Origin: Eledone cirrhosa
Taxonomy: Eukaryota
Assembly: GCA_964016885.1 (NCBI GenBank)
Contig: OZ024741.1
Location: 399,094,001-399,158,000 of the forward strand
DNA: 64,000 bases
Reading direction: 5' to 3'
In this document: piece by piece, positions 42,905 to 56,385 of the stretch
How the letters are laid out: every line of letters begins with the position of its first letter
Position numbering within the stretch: position 1 is the first letter of the stretch
The notes under the pieces: model-generated
Seen by the model: only the letters and a program-made list of their open reading frames with translations
Told to the model about the DNA's origin: nothing
The model's database searches: none
Program-made: the position numbers and the translations under genes

Positions 42905-42963
<59 letters not shown>

Positions 42964-43184
42964 TTAAAAAACTTTGAAGCTGCACACAGGATAAATCTGC
43001 TCTGATTTATCGAACACCATCATGAAACTCTGAGTAACCGAGAAAACACTTATTTGCCATGTATTTTAATTGCAAATACCTCTATGTTTACATATCGACG
43101 ACTCATACATATATCTACATATATATATACATACATACATATATATATGTGTGTGTGTGTAAGTATATATATGTATATATACAC

Positions 43185-43227
<43 letters not shown>

Positions 43228-43329
43228 ATATGTGGTTGACCGCTGAGAGAAATGAGTGCTTAATACCAAAGTAGAGTTTTAATATAAACAGGTGAAATTC
43301 TAGAGTAACAAGACTCACTATTTAACATT

Positions 43330-43722
43330 AATTGTTTCTACTTTAGGCACAAGGCCAGCAATTTCCCAGTACATTACTGGTACTTTATTTTATCGACCCC
43401 GTAAGGATGAAAGGCAAAGTTAACCTCGGCGGGATTTGAAGTCAGAATGGCAAGGGCCGTAACTCTATGCGTCAAAGCATGGCGTCCGACCCTCTACCGA
43501 TACTGCCAATCCACCGCCTTAATATATTTTATAATTGTTTCTACTTTAGGCACAAGGCCAGCAATTACCCAGTGCATTACTGGTACTTTATTTTATCGAC
43601 CCCGTAAGGATGAAAGGCAAAGTCAACCTCGGCGGGATTTGAACTCAGATCGTAAAGGGACGTAACTATGCTGGAAAGCATGGCGTCCGACCCTCTACCG
43701 ATACTGCCAATTCACCGCCAAT
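43330..43722 (-). mobile_element. Two head-to-tail tRNA-derived SINE copies
   Basis: Sense strand of each ~195-bp unit: GGCGGTGGATTGGCAGTATCGG (A box)...GAGTTCAAATCC (B box)...GCCTTTCATCCTTACGGGGTCGATAAAATAAAGTACCAG...CCTTGTGCCTAAAGTAGAAACAATT. Confidence 0.9.
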
Positions 43723-43809
43723 ATATTTTATAATGATAGTTAAGCAGACAGCATAGATATACTGACAGACATACCGTTATAAAGACAGACAGACAAACAA
43801 CATAGATAT

Positions 43810-45250
43810 ACTGACACTACAAGACGTGACGGCGTGGGTTTTACATGAAATCGTATAAACTTTAATAAATAATAATAAACTATATATTAAAAAATTAACA
43901 ATCGAAATCCCCAATAGGGGGTGGGCGTTACTGCGGTGTTGTTTTACACCTTGCAGATAGAACAACCCTCAACACCAAGAACACGTTTTATAGGTGTTCC
44001 CGTCTTCACTCTGTTTATGTTCCTCAACCTACAGGCTTATATACAGAGAAGGCCCATTCACTCGGGCCATTTTCGCCACATTCACCCACCTTTCAGCGAA
44101 TTTACTGGGGTGTAGCACCTCTCTCTCCACTCTCACATTCCTTCTGACGTGGTACTTAAAGAAGGGGGTGAGTTGTTGTCCGGAGAGAAAGGAGTTTGCC
44201 CTCAGTACTTTTAACCTCGTCCACCATATTACCTCTTTCGCCATAGCCACCAGACAGAGGAAAACCGCCTCTCCTTCATTCTTAAATCAAGGCGGCGAGG
44301 TGATCCTCACGATAGACTCGGCTGACAACTGGATGGGTCCCACACGTGACAGTAGCTGTTCGACATAATTCCACAGGTCGGTTACCCTGGGCACTGAACA
44401 ATTGCGTGCAGAACGGTTTCGATGTCCTGCTCGCATCTTGCCAGGATCTCTGCCAGGGCGTCCGTGCCTGTAGATTATGTCTCGAACTGGTAGAGCTCCT
44501 CGGTAGCACTGCCAGGCCAGAGACCTCTGGAAGTTATCCATAGGCCCTGGACGGAAAGTCCTCCCGAACAGACTGGTCAGTTCGTCCTCCTCGATGCCTA
44601 GAGTTTCCCTGAGAACGTCGTTGCACTTATCCTCCACTAATCCCCTATAGAATGTCGAAGTGGAGTCTCCACTGATTGCCGTTTCTGTTTGGTAGAGGAC
44701 TGTGAGCGCCTGAAGGCACTCGAGGTGCCAGGCACCCATTTTCGGTCTTCGCTTAACCCAGGACTGCAGCTCCTTTAGTGAGATGAGTTGTGGAAGAGCT
44801 CGTCTCACAAACGACAGCCACACCGGTTCACCGGTCAGAAATACCTGGAGATGGCGTAGCCTCAGCCACGTAATGCCCAGCCCTCCGTTAGAAGGATGTT
44901 GACAGCAGATGGGTCTCCTCACCAATGGAGCCTGTTTCTTCCAGAGGAACTTGAAGAGTAGGCGTTCCATTTTGGTGAGGTGTTCGCGGGGACAAGTCAC
45001 GACTGTGAAGCGGTAGTAGATAACGGACGCTATGTTCGCCACCTCCGCTCGACCTTTCAAGGAGAGTTTGCACTCAGCCCACTTCTGGGTGAGTGCAAAC
45101 ACCTTCTCCGTGACCTCATTCCAGTTCTTGTCCACCTGGAGATCTGGATCAAACCGGACCCCGAGCAATTTCACCTGCCCAGCGTCCAACGACACTGTTT
45201 GGAAGGCATGGGTTTGCCTCTCCATGTACCGAGTTGCAAACTGACAGACT
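43810..45250 (-). mobile_element. Tx1-clade LINE, 5'-truncated ORF2 C-terminal part plus 3' UTR
   Basis: ORF 44287-45225 carries VKLLGV, LSLKGRAEVAN, FKFLW, GGLG and RGALPV, then a frameshifted zinc-finger region and KEVIWWTRLK. Homologous to the copy at 51-52 kb. Confidence 0.9.
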
Positions 45251-45261
45251 TGTTTAGGTTT

Positions 45262-45440
45262 ATTTCTTTATTTGCCACAAGGATGCACAAGAAAAGGGGA
45301 CAATACAAAGACATATGGCGGGGATGTTACATACAGTCGTGTAAAAAAAGGTTTTAATATGGAAATATAACAATGGAAATCCCAATAGGGATGAGACGTT
45401 ACAGTGGGTTGTTTTATACCCCGTAGATAGAACAACCCTC
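45262..45440 (-). mobile_element. Tx1-clade LINE 3' UTR fragment
   Basis: Ends in CTTGTGGCAAATAAAGAAAT like the other copies; GTAGATAGAACAACCCTC is nearly identical to 43,950-43,970. Confidence 0.75.
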
Positions 45441-45661
45441 GTAAGTTAGTAAGTCAGTATAATACAGAGGTAACCTATCAGATTTACAATTGACCCCAGA
45501 CAATATAAATAGTTTGTTCATTTATTAATCTATTTATTTGTTTTATATATTATAACATTTATAGTTGTCTTTCGTTTCTAGATGTTGCTTCACTTTATTA
45601 TAATATTTCTGTTTGATAAGAGACTCCAGCGTTTCATTGACACTTAATATATTGGGATATA

Positions 45662-45848
45662 GTCTCTCTTTCTCTCCTCTCTCTATCTATCTATCTATCT
45701 ATCTATCTCTCTCTCTCTCTATCTATCTCTCTATCTATCTCTCTCTCTATATCTCCCTATCTCTCTATCTAACTATTTCAATCTATCTACCTGACTGTTT
45801 GTCTATCTCTCTGTCTATCTATCTATCTCACTCACTCTCTCTCACACA

Positions 45849-45934
<86 letters not shown>

Positions 45935-45935
45935 C

Positions 45936-45975
<40 letters not shown>

Positions 45976-45976
45976 C
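45662..45976. repeat. Compound (TC)n/(TATC)n microsatellite
   Basis: Direct inspection. Confidence 0.95.
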
Positions 45977-46230
45977 CAAGATGACGTGTCCAAGATCCGA
46001 GCAGGACATTGAAACCGTCCTGCACGCAATTGTACACTGCCCGGCGTAACCGACCTGTGGAACTATGCAGAAGAACTGCTGTTGGAGTTGAGGGTTGTTC
46101 TGTCTACGGGGTATTAAACAATCCATTTGTAACGCCTCCCCCTTTTTTACACGACTGTATGTAAAATTCCCGTCATATGTCTTTGTATTGTCCCATTTTC
46201 TTGTGCGCCCTTGTGGCAAATAAAGAAATA
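45977..46230 (+). mobile_element. Tx1-clade LINE short, internally deleted 3' fragment
   Basis: Reads TCPRSEQDIETVLHAIVHCP (zinc-finger remnant), then 3' UTR ending GGCAAATAAAGAAAT. (TATC)n on both sides. Confidence 0.8.
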
Positions 46231-46267
46231 TATCTATCTATTTCTCTCTGTCTATCTATCTATCTAT

Positions 46268-46964
46268 CTCTACAGACACGGGCGCCCGGGTAGAGACCCT
46301 TCGAAAAAGATCTGTCCGAGATGCGTGCGCGACGAGGAAACCGTCGCACACGCATTTGTACACTGCCCGGGCGTTACCGACCTGTGGGGCTATGTAGAAC
46401 GACTATTGTCGCGGGTGGGACCAATCCAGTTGACCACCGAGTCCACTGTCATGATCAAACCGCCACCCTCCTTCAAAAACGAGGGAGAGGCGGTTTTCCT
46501 ATGTGTTATGGCTATGGTGAAAGAGGTTATATGGTGGACGAGGTTAAAAGGGCTGAGGTCAGACACCTTTCTCTCCGGCCAACAACTGATTCGTTTTTTC
46601 AAATACCATTTTGGAAGAAGAATCAGGATGGAAAGAAAGGTTCTGTAGCCCAGAAAATTTTATAAAAGGTGGGTGAATGTGGCAAAGATGGCCAGAGTGG
46701 TTGGGCTTTCTCTCTATATAAGCATGTAGGTTGAGGAAAAAGAGGAAGAGAGGAGGGGAGTACTCACTCTTGGTGCTCCTGGAGATGAGGGTTGTACATT
46801 TTTTCGGGGTGTGTAAAACCCCTGTGTAACACCCCCCCCCCCCCTATTGGGGATATCAATTGTTATTTGTTATTTTATTAATAGTTTTCTTTTCATATAC
46901 CTGCATGTAAACTCCCCATTTGTATTTGTCCCCTTTTTTGTGCCCTTGTGGCTAATAAAGAAAT
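46268..46964 (+). mobile_element. Tx1-clade LINE 5'-truncated copy (zinc finger, C-terminus, 3' UTR)
   Basis: YRHGRPGRDPSKKICPRCVRDEETVAHAFVHC...KEVIWWTRLK; ends GGCTAATAAAGAAAT; (TATC)n on both sides. Confidence 0.92.
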
Positions 46965-48027
46965 TTATCTACCTATCTATCTATCTATCTATCTACCTAT
47001 CTATAATATATATATATATACATATATATATATATGTAGGAGGTGAGTTTTATTGTAGTACAATAAAGCAATGCAGATATCGGATAAGAAGCACTCTACA
47101 GTTTGTGGGACTGGAGTATGCATAATATAAGATCAAAAGATGGTTAAAGGAGTTCCATATATTTTATTATGCGCATTTCAAAAACAAACATCATCAAGCA
47201 ATAATATTTGTGTTTTCATCAGATAAAACAGGAGAACATGATATGAAGGCTAAAAAAACACTTGTTGATAGTGCAGTTTTAAATCAACATATGAAAAGTG
47301 GTTTTAGATTGATGTGTGATATTGGGAAAAATATTTTATTTAGAGAGGGGGGGGGATAAGGATGAAAAGGGAAGGAGATGAGAGGGAGAGATGGGTGATA
47401 GAGAGAAAGAGATAGTTTTTATAACTGAGGGGAGATATATTTTTTACATAGAGGGGTTGAAAACCGTTGGAAGATACTGTATAAATTAAAAATTTTGAAA
47501 ATTAACGAAGGGAGGATATGTGCGAGGAAAAAATATTTTATTTAGGGAGGGTGGGGTGGAAAGGATGAAAAAAAGGGGGGAGGAGATGAGAGTGAAGGTG
47601 GAGAGGGAGAGATGGGTGATAGAGAGAAAGAGATAGTTTTTATAACTGAGAAAAAGATATATTGTTTTAATATAGAGAGGTTGGGAACCGTTGGAAGATA
47701 ATGTATAAATTAAATGAATTTGAAAATTAACGAAGGGAAATTATGTATGAAGATAGAGAGAAAAAAATAATAATTGTGGGTGAATATTCTAACGTCAAAA
47801 GAAGAAATGTATGTATTGTGGCAATTTCAAAATTAGCGAAGAGAAAAATTGTTAAGGTAGAAGGATTTGAGAAGTGTAGAAGGATTTGAGAAAAATAATG
47901 TGAAGTTAAAGTTTGTATATTGAATTGGTATGTATTAATAATGAGTTCGTTGATGGGGAGAAAAAAATAATAATAAATTAAGGATGAAATTGAGATTAAA
48001 AAGATTTATGATAGAGAGAAAAAATAT

Positions 48028-48429
48028 CCTCTCAACAACCATTGCCTCGATAAAAACTTAATTTATGAATGTAAAATTATAACTAGCACCAATTCCTTCA
48101 CCTATTTTGGCTCCACTTCCACCTCTTTTAAAGCTCGTCTCTATAATCATCATTCATCTTTCAAATACAAACTTAAAAGAACTAACACTGCTCTCTCAGA
48201 ACTCATATGGTCCTTAAAAGACAAAAACATTAAATATAACATCTTTTGGAAAAAGATTTCTTCTGCATCCTCATACTTGAACAGCTCTCTATCTAAAATC
48301 TGTAATCTCTGCCTAAATGAAAAATTTACCATTATCTCTAACCTAGAATCTATAATAAATAGACGCTCAGATTTGTTTTCTATCTGCCTGCATAAATTCC
48401 ATAGAACTTTTCACAAAGTATACAGTTAA
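48028..48429 (+). pseudogene. Penelope-type GIY-YIG endonuclease domain, 133 codons open, no start codon (absent from ORF track)
   Basis: PLNNHCLDKNLIYECKII...TYFGSTSTSFKARLYNHHSSF...TALSELIWSLK...YNIFWK...ICNLCLNEKFTII...INRRSDLFSICLH; homologous to the domain in 57581-58432. Confidence 0.9.
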
Positions 48430-49422
48430 TATTCAATTCTTTATCAATTTAGAATCTTTTCTCAAAGGCACATATACATACACCTCTTTAAAATATACCC
48501 ATCTACCTTACTTTAAAGGGCATTATACACTCTATAATACTTGTTTACTCATTACCCTCATTCTATCTTCTCGTAAAATAATAACATTTGTTTTTGACAT
48601 TTTGAATATTCATCCGCAATCATTATTATTTTTTCTCTCTATCATAAATCTTTTTAATCTCAATTTCATCCTTAATTTATTATTATTTTTTTCTCCCCAT
48701 CAACGAACTCATTATTAATACATACCAATTCAATATACAAACTTTAACTTCACATTATTTTTCTCAAATCCTTCTACACTTCTCAAATCCTTCTACCTTA
48801 ACAATTTTTCTCTTCGCTAATTTTGAAATTGCCACAATACATACATTTCTTCTTTTGACGTTAGAATATTCACCCACAATTATTATTTTTTTCTCTCTAT
48901 CTTCATACATAATTTCCCTTCGTTAATTTTCAAATTCCTTTAATTTATACATTATCTTCCAACGGTTCCCAACCTCTCTATATTAAAACAATATATCTTT
49001 TTCTCAGTTATAAAAACTATCTCTTTCTCTCTATCACCCATCTCTCCCTCTCCACCTTCACTCTCATCTCCTCCCCCCTTTTTTTCATCCTTTCCACCCC
49101 ACCCTCCCTAAATAAAATATTTTTTCCTCGCACATATCCTCCCTTCGTTAATTTTCAAAATTTTTAATTTATACAGTATCTTCCAACGGTTTTCAACCCC
49201 TCTATGTAAAAAATATATCTCCTCTCAGTTATAAAAACTATCTCTTTCTCTCTATCACCCATCTCTCCCTCTCATCTCCTTCCCTTTTCATCCTTCTCCC
49301 CCCCCCCCTCTCTAAATAAAATATTTTTCCCAATATCACACATCAATCTAAAACCACTTTTCATATGTTGATTTAAAACTGCACTGTCAACAAGTGTTTT
49401 TTTAGCCTTCATATGTTCTCCT

Positions 49423-49491
49423 GTTTTATCTGATGAAAACACAAATATTATTGCTTGATGATGTTTGTTTTTGAAATGCGCATAATAAAAT
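49423..49491 (+). ncRNA. Type I hammerhead ribozyme (inverted copy at ~47,161-47,228, minus strand)
   Basis: UUUUAU-CUGAUGA-[16-position stem II, GCUU loop]-GAA-AUGCGCAU-A-AUAAAA. Core intact, stem I pairs, stem III palindromic, predicted AUA cleavage after 49,484. Confidence 0.85.
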
Positions 49492-49522
49492 ATATGGAAC
49501 TCCTTTAACCATCTTTTGATCT

Positions 49523-50359
<837 letters not shown>

Positions 50360-50378
50360 CAATAGTTAGTTCACCACC

Positions 50379-50423
50379 ATACCAAGAACAATTGTTTCAC
50401 CTTAGCGGATCTTCAGCTCGTAT
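50379..50423 (-). ncRNA. Minimal type I hammerhead ribozyme in a short inverted pLTR fragment (50,357-50,465)
   Basis: Minus strand AUACGAG-CUGAAGA-UCC-GCUAA-GGU-GAA-ACAAUUGU-U-CUUGGUAU; palindromic stem III, very short stem II. Confidence 0.65.
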
Positions 50424-50534
50424 GGTGAAACAATTGTTCTTGGTATGGTGAACTAACTGTTGTGTAACCACTTCTACCAAACTCGTCCCATAGACTGAGT
50501 GCTCTACCACTACGGATATTACCTTCCAGTGTTC

Positions 50535-50643
<109 letters not shown>

Positions 50644-51429
50644 TAAAATAACGGATTAAAGTTTAAGCAAAGAATCGCTGCTTTCACACTTAACGGGATC
50701 TTTAATAAATATTTGCTCTAGGGTTCTTATATATTTGATATATATATTTATCCTTATCGAGCCCTCTTTGAATTTTAGTCTTCACATTTATTATTATTTC
50801 TATATATATATATACCTATCTGTAAGGGAGGAGTCTATGGCATGAACAACATAAATATTAACACAACAACACTAACCCCTCCCAAACAAAACACAATTAC
50901 ATGCAACTACTGGACAATACCATAACAACACAGAAATAGAACAGAATTTATCTGCACCGGAAGTAGGGCAATAGGAAAAACAAAATAAAAAACAAAACAA
51001 CAAAAAGACAACACAAAAACAATAAACAAAATGGAACCGAAATTTAATTTTGCCTGCTATTTGATGACATGAGCGACTTGTAATAAAAGCATAAGAATTG
51101 CAAGAGAAAGTGGTGTAGAAGCTGGCCGTCTCAAGTAACAGGAATGTGGAGTTGAACAGATTAGATGTGTGGGAAGGGTATTAACTTTATATGAGGGTTG
51201 ACACCCGTAAAGACATCAAACAGATAAGAAGATGTACAGAGTGAGAGAGAGGGGGAGATAGATAGATAGAGAGAGATAGAGAGAGGGAGAGAGAGAGTGT
51301 GTGTGTAGACAGATAGATAGATAGACAGAAGACAGAGATAGAGTGATAGATATAGATATATAGATACATACATTTCTTTATTAGCCACAAGGGCACAAAA
51401 GAAGGGGACAAATACAAATGGGGAGTTTA

Positions 51430-54400
51430 CGGTTTCCTCGTCGCGCACGCATCTCGGACAGATCTTTTTCGAAGGGTCCCTACCCGGGCGCCCGTGTCTG
51501 TAGAGCTTGTCTCGAACTGGTAGAGCTCCGCGGTAGCACTGCCAGGCCAGGGACTTTTGGAAGTTGTCCATTGGTCCCGGGCGGAAGGTCCTACCGAACA
51601 AACTGGCCAGTTCGTCCTCCTCTACGCCCAGAGTTTCTCCGAGCGTGTCGTCGCACTTGCTGCGGACCAACCCTCTATAGAATGTCGAAGTGGAGTCTCC
51701 ACTGATCGCCGGGTCCGTTTGCCAGAGGACTGTGAGCGCCTGAGCACATTCGATGTGCCAGTCGCCCATTTTCCTCGGTCTTTGCTTGACCCAGGACTGC
51801 AACTCGGTCAGCGAGACGAGTCGTGGGAAGGCTCGCCTCACGAACGGGGCCCACGCCGGTTGTCTGGTGAGGAATACGTGGAGGTGCCGCAGCCTGAGCG
51901 CGTGTTTGCGCATCGTCAGCCACGGCATCACCAGCCCTCCGTTTGAAGGGTGTTGGCAGCAGATGGATCTTCTCACCAAAGGAGCCCGTTTCTTCCAAAG
52001 GAAGCGTTTTGGCTGGACAAGGCACGACGGTCAAGCGGTAGTAGATAACGGACGCTATAAAAGTGTTCGCCACCTCCGCTCGACCTTTCAAGGATAGTTT
52101 GCACTCGGCCCACTTCTGGATGAGTGCAAACACCTTGGCCGTCACCTCATTCCAGTTCTTCTCCACCTGGAGGTCAGGACCAAACCAGACCCCGAGCAGA
52201 TTTACCGGTCCTTCCGTCCAGCGTCCGACGACGTCATCGGAAGGCATTGGTTTGCCTCTCCACGTTCCGAGTTGCAAACCCACGGATTTGTCCCGGTTCT
52301 GCTTCGCTCCTGTGAACCTTTCGTATTCCTCCAGTAAGGTGCCGATCTCCCCTATTTGCGAGGTGCTCGACACTATTACTGTTATGTCGTCGGCGTAGGC
52401 CGACGCCGCTTTTCGCAATCCCGGTTCCAAAGGGATGCCCTGCAATAGCTCCAACTTCCGCAGAAGTGGCTCGATAGTCAGTACGTACAGAAGGGAGGAG
52501 AGAGGGCATCCCTGTCGGAAGAATCGCGTGATATAGAACGGTTCCGAGAGGTAGCCGTTCACCTTTACCCTTGAGCAGATTTTGCTGCTGTGCATAGCAA
52601 CAAACCAGCCCCTCGACACGGGTCCGAAGCCTGCCGCCTCGAGCACCGCATTCAGGTAACGATGGTCAACCCTATCGAAAGCCTTAGACTGATCCAAGTT
52701 GATCAGGGCCTCACGGAAGCTGGGTTTACACCCCACCCTCTCTATGATGTATCGCATGAGGTGGAGGTTGTCGTGTATGGACCTGGTCGGGATTGCACAT
52801 ATCTGCGCTTCTCCCACCAGGTTTTCGACGACAAGCGCCAGCCTCTTTGCCAATACCTTGGCCAAAATCTGTAACTCTGTGTTAAGCAGAGTTATGGGCT
52901 GGAAGTGCCTATGTCATCCCCCTTGTTCTCGTCCTTCCTGACTAACGTGATTACGCCCTTGGTCACAGAACTGGGAATTCTCCCGTTCTGCTGCCAGTTG
53001 CAGTAGACCGCTTCCAGGAAACCGGAGAACAAGTCCGGCATTGCTACGTAAAATTCGTAGGGTAGACCGTCGAAACCTGGAGATTTGCGTTTGCCGCATT
53101 GGCTCAGCGCGTCCCCTATCTCAGCGGCCGAAACCGGCCTTTCGCAGAACTTCGCCTCGCTGTCCGAGAGTCGCGGTAGGCCGTCGAGGTATGGACCAAA
53201 ATCCATAGCCCCTCCCAGCGCGCCGCCCCTCCCGAACAGTTGAGCAAAGTGCCGCTGAAAGGCCGCGCACATCTGCTTCGGCTCACATATCACGCGTCCG
53301 TCTTGGTCCTTCAAAGACCGAATTGTGGACTTGTTGCCACTTTTCGCCTCCGTCACTCAGGCCCAGCTAACAGCTTTGGCTCCCTCGTTTCCCAAAGCAC
53401 GTATTTTGCTTCTGACAACGCAGCCTTCATGCTTTGCGTCGAAGAACTGGTCCAAGGTCGTTCTCATCGCTAGCACGCTGGCTACGTTGCCACTCCTAAG
53501 TGCTTCTTCTACTTTATCTACCAGTTCCTTTTCGGTCTTATTTCTATCTAACACTAATTCTTTACTAAAACCTATCGAGTCTAATCTAACTGCCCTCTTG
53601 AGAGAGTACCACCATCTGTTGTTGACAATGGCCCCTGTCAAGTGCTGCTTAACTAAAGTGCTAATCCGTCTACTGTAGGCTTTGCATGTCGGTAACGACA
53701 AGTTCAGCTTCCAGTAGCCGGGTCCCTATCTATGGGTTTTGTCAAGGTTGACTAAGCAGGTCACTAATTTGTGATCTGAAGAGGCAACCATGAACATTTG
53801 TGGACAGCTTAACATGTCCCTATCCTTCTTTCTAACTAGAACCCTATCTAGGTACGATCTAGATGTTCCACTAAGATTAGTCCACGTCCACAGTGGCACA
53901 CTCGGAAAATCTAGTCGATATCTATCGGCCAGGTCAAATCGGCCGATTAACTGTTTGAGGCTGTTACACCCCCTCTATCGGGACATGCTCCCACATAGTC
54001 CCAACGTGCATCTAGGATTCCATTCCAGTCCCCCACTAACAGCAGGGAGCTGTTCCCAGAAAAGTCTCTAGACGTTTGAAGAGGTCTGGCCGCGGTGTCT
54101 CGGATGGGGCATATGCGGCCACCAGCCTGAAGGCTCCACCTTCACTACCGTCAACGTCTAGGCCTACCAGTCGACCCTCCAGGTCCAGATATACCGTCTG
54201 TGTTACGAGGTCCAGGTGTTTCCGCAGCAAAACGGCAACCCTACCCCCACCTCCCGGCTGACAGAGAGATGCGTAGATCTCAAAGTCGTCGAAGATGGGG
54301 GCCAGTTGTCGCTCGCTGTGGATCCTGGACTCGCAAATGGCTACTACATCCATGCTGTGCGATCTGAGGTCGTTTAAGAGTTTGCCCTGTTTCCAGGGCA

Positions 54401-54446
54401 TCCACAGGCCGCGTACATTCACACATCCAACTCTTATATTGGCCAT
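51430..54446 (-). pseudogene. LINE ORF2 (APE endonuclease + reverse transcriptase), several frameshifts and stops
   Basis: NVRGL, AICE, SDH and YWKLN (APE and linker); KSPGFDGLPYEFY, LDQSKAFDRVDH, RQGCPLS, AYADD, VNLLGV; C-terminal CPRC. Confidence 0.95.
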
Positions 54447-54482
54447 GTTGGTGCTGAAAAGTTAAAAGAAGAGGAAAAGAAA

Positions 54483-55611
54483 TCACTCACCTCTTCGTCT
54501 CCTGGGGACCAGGCTGCACAATTTCCATGGGGGTGTTGGAGGGGTTGTTTGGTGGGGTGGTGGTCTCTGGATGGGTGGGGACAGAGATGATTGGTGGGGA
54601 GGGGGTGTCTGGTGGGATGGGGGTGGGGTGGGGAAACATTTTAACAGGACTCGATTGTAGGGTTTGATGCAGGGGTTTTCTACGTCGTTAGGAAATTTTT
54701 CTTTTAACTGTTTATGTGTGTCCATAGAGGTCCTAATCATTTTAAGATTAGGATTCTCCGAAGAGTGTGTAAAAGTTTTCCCTTCGGTCTCCACCGAAGG
54801 GTTTTTATATATGGTGTCTGTTAATGTTTTATTGTTAGTATTTATGTAGGTGTAACATTTTTGTTGTGTTGGGTTGCTTTTTGTCTGTGGTTCTTGTGTG
54901 TGTTTACGTTTTGTAGTAGGTGTTTTGTTTTCAGGAGGGGGTGTTTTTGTTTGTGCTGTTTGCGTTGCTTGTGTTGGTGTTTGTGTGTTTGTTGCATTTT
55001 TGTTTGTGTTATGTCTTTTCTTTTTTCTTTTTACTGGTCGGAAAGGCTCTCCCTCATCGTCACTGGGTGACGATGATGAGGCCTCATCCGTGTTGTTGGA
55101 GAGGTGTGGGGTACATTTTGGGGAGCTGTTATGTGTGTGGGTGTTTCTGGAGTTGTTTTAGGTGGGAGGGGTTGGTGGGACTGTGTTTGTCGTTTGTTTT
55201 GTTGTCACTATTTTTTTATGTTGTTGTTGTAGTGGTGGTGGTGGTGGTGATTGTTGTGCTGGTGTTGCAGGTGTTGGCAGTAGTTCCTTTTTTTTGGCTA
55301 GTTAGCCGAGGACAGGAAGCTCTCAGGTGACCCCTGCTTGAGCAGTGGTAACATGAGGGCCGCCTACCCTCGACCGAAATGTATATGTATATAAGCCCAT
55401 CCAGCAACACACGTTCCAGGTTCCTAGCTATTCGTTCTGGTGTCATTTGGACCAGAACTTCCAGGCTAGTTCCGCTGAACAGGTCGCCGGAGGACTTACC
55501 TACCGATATTATATAGTCTTTTTCGTGGTTTAAAAATCCACATAGTACCCACCAAATATCAATATTTGGTGTGATACTTAGGATTTTTATTTTCTGTGTC
55601 CTTTATTTCAA
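54483..55611 (-). pseudogene. LINE ORF1 (gag-like) remnant with CCHC zinc knuckle
   Basis: VEGRRPSCYHCSSRGHLRASCP at ~55,310-55,375, then a T/K/P-rich low-complexity region ending just upstream of the ORF2 start. Confidence 0.8.
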
Positions 55612-55669
55612 TAGATAGATAGATAGATAGACAAATAGATAGATAGATAGATATATAGAGAGAGAGAGT

Positions 55670-55731
<62 letters not shown>

Positions 55732-55792
55732 CAGACAGGCAGACAGATAGATAGATAGGTGAATAGATAGGTAAATAGATAGATAGTAGATA
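55612..55792. repeat. Compound (GATA)n/(GA)n microsatellite
   Basis: Direct inspection. Confidence 0.95.
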
Positions 55793-56024
55793 GTTGCATG
55801 CTCCCCCGTTTGACATTACATGTGAGTTGAGTCAGATACTTATAAAGTGGCACAGCAGGACATAATTGTTTTTCAACAAGTAATCTGATACATGTCTTGG
55901 TCAAGTGCGACATGTTCTCTTTCATTCATCTATTTCTCCCGAACTCCCCCTCGTTATATATTTATATATAATACATCTTCCTTCCAATTTAAACAGAAAT
56001 TGCATATTTTCCCCTGTACCCTGT

Positions 56025-56069
<45 letters not shown>

Positions 56070-56385
56070 TAAAAGAGAAAACACAGGTAAGCATTAAGAG
56101 AAGGATTTTATCCAGGTATTTACGACCGTTTCATTGGTAAGTGCAACCTTATATTGCTATACTGCAAATAGCAGCCACTCAATTATAATTGTTGTTCACG
56201 TCCAAATTTTCAAAATAGTGAGTAAGTTACTCTTGAAATAGTTCTTAATATATAGAGAAAAACATTTTTTTGGAATTGTATTTACTAGTATAGAGAGAGA
56301 GGAAGAGGAATTAGAAAGTGAGGGGACAAACGGAATAGTATAGAGAGAGAGGAAGGGGGGAAGAGTTAGGAAGTAGAGTGACAAA

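Larger units (their letters stand above)
47122..49530 (+). mobile_element. 5'-truncated Penelope-like element with ~900-bp inverted pseudo-LTR arms
   Basis: 47,122-48,026 is the near-perfect reverse complement of 48,627-49,530. The spacer encodes a GIY-YIG C-terminal domain and the arms carry a hammerhead motif. Confidence 0.92.
51371..55611 (-). mobile_element. Tx1-clade LINE, near full length, 5'-truncated in ORF1 and frameshifted
   Basis: ORF1 zinc knuckle, APE endonuclease, RT and 3' UTR ending AATAAAGAAAT in colinear order; TATC/GATA repeats at both junctions. Confidence 0.95.

Noticed and set aside
50675-50712. Minus-strand TTAAAGATCCCGTTAAGTGTGAAAGC as a hammerhead
   Set aside because: The core and stem II are too degenerate to support a call.
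51418-55330. Plus-strand ORFs overlapping the Tx1 element as separate genes
   Set aside because: They are antisense shadows of LINE coding sequence with no independent motifs.
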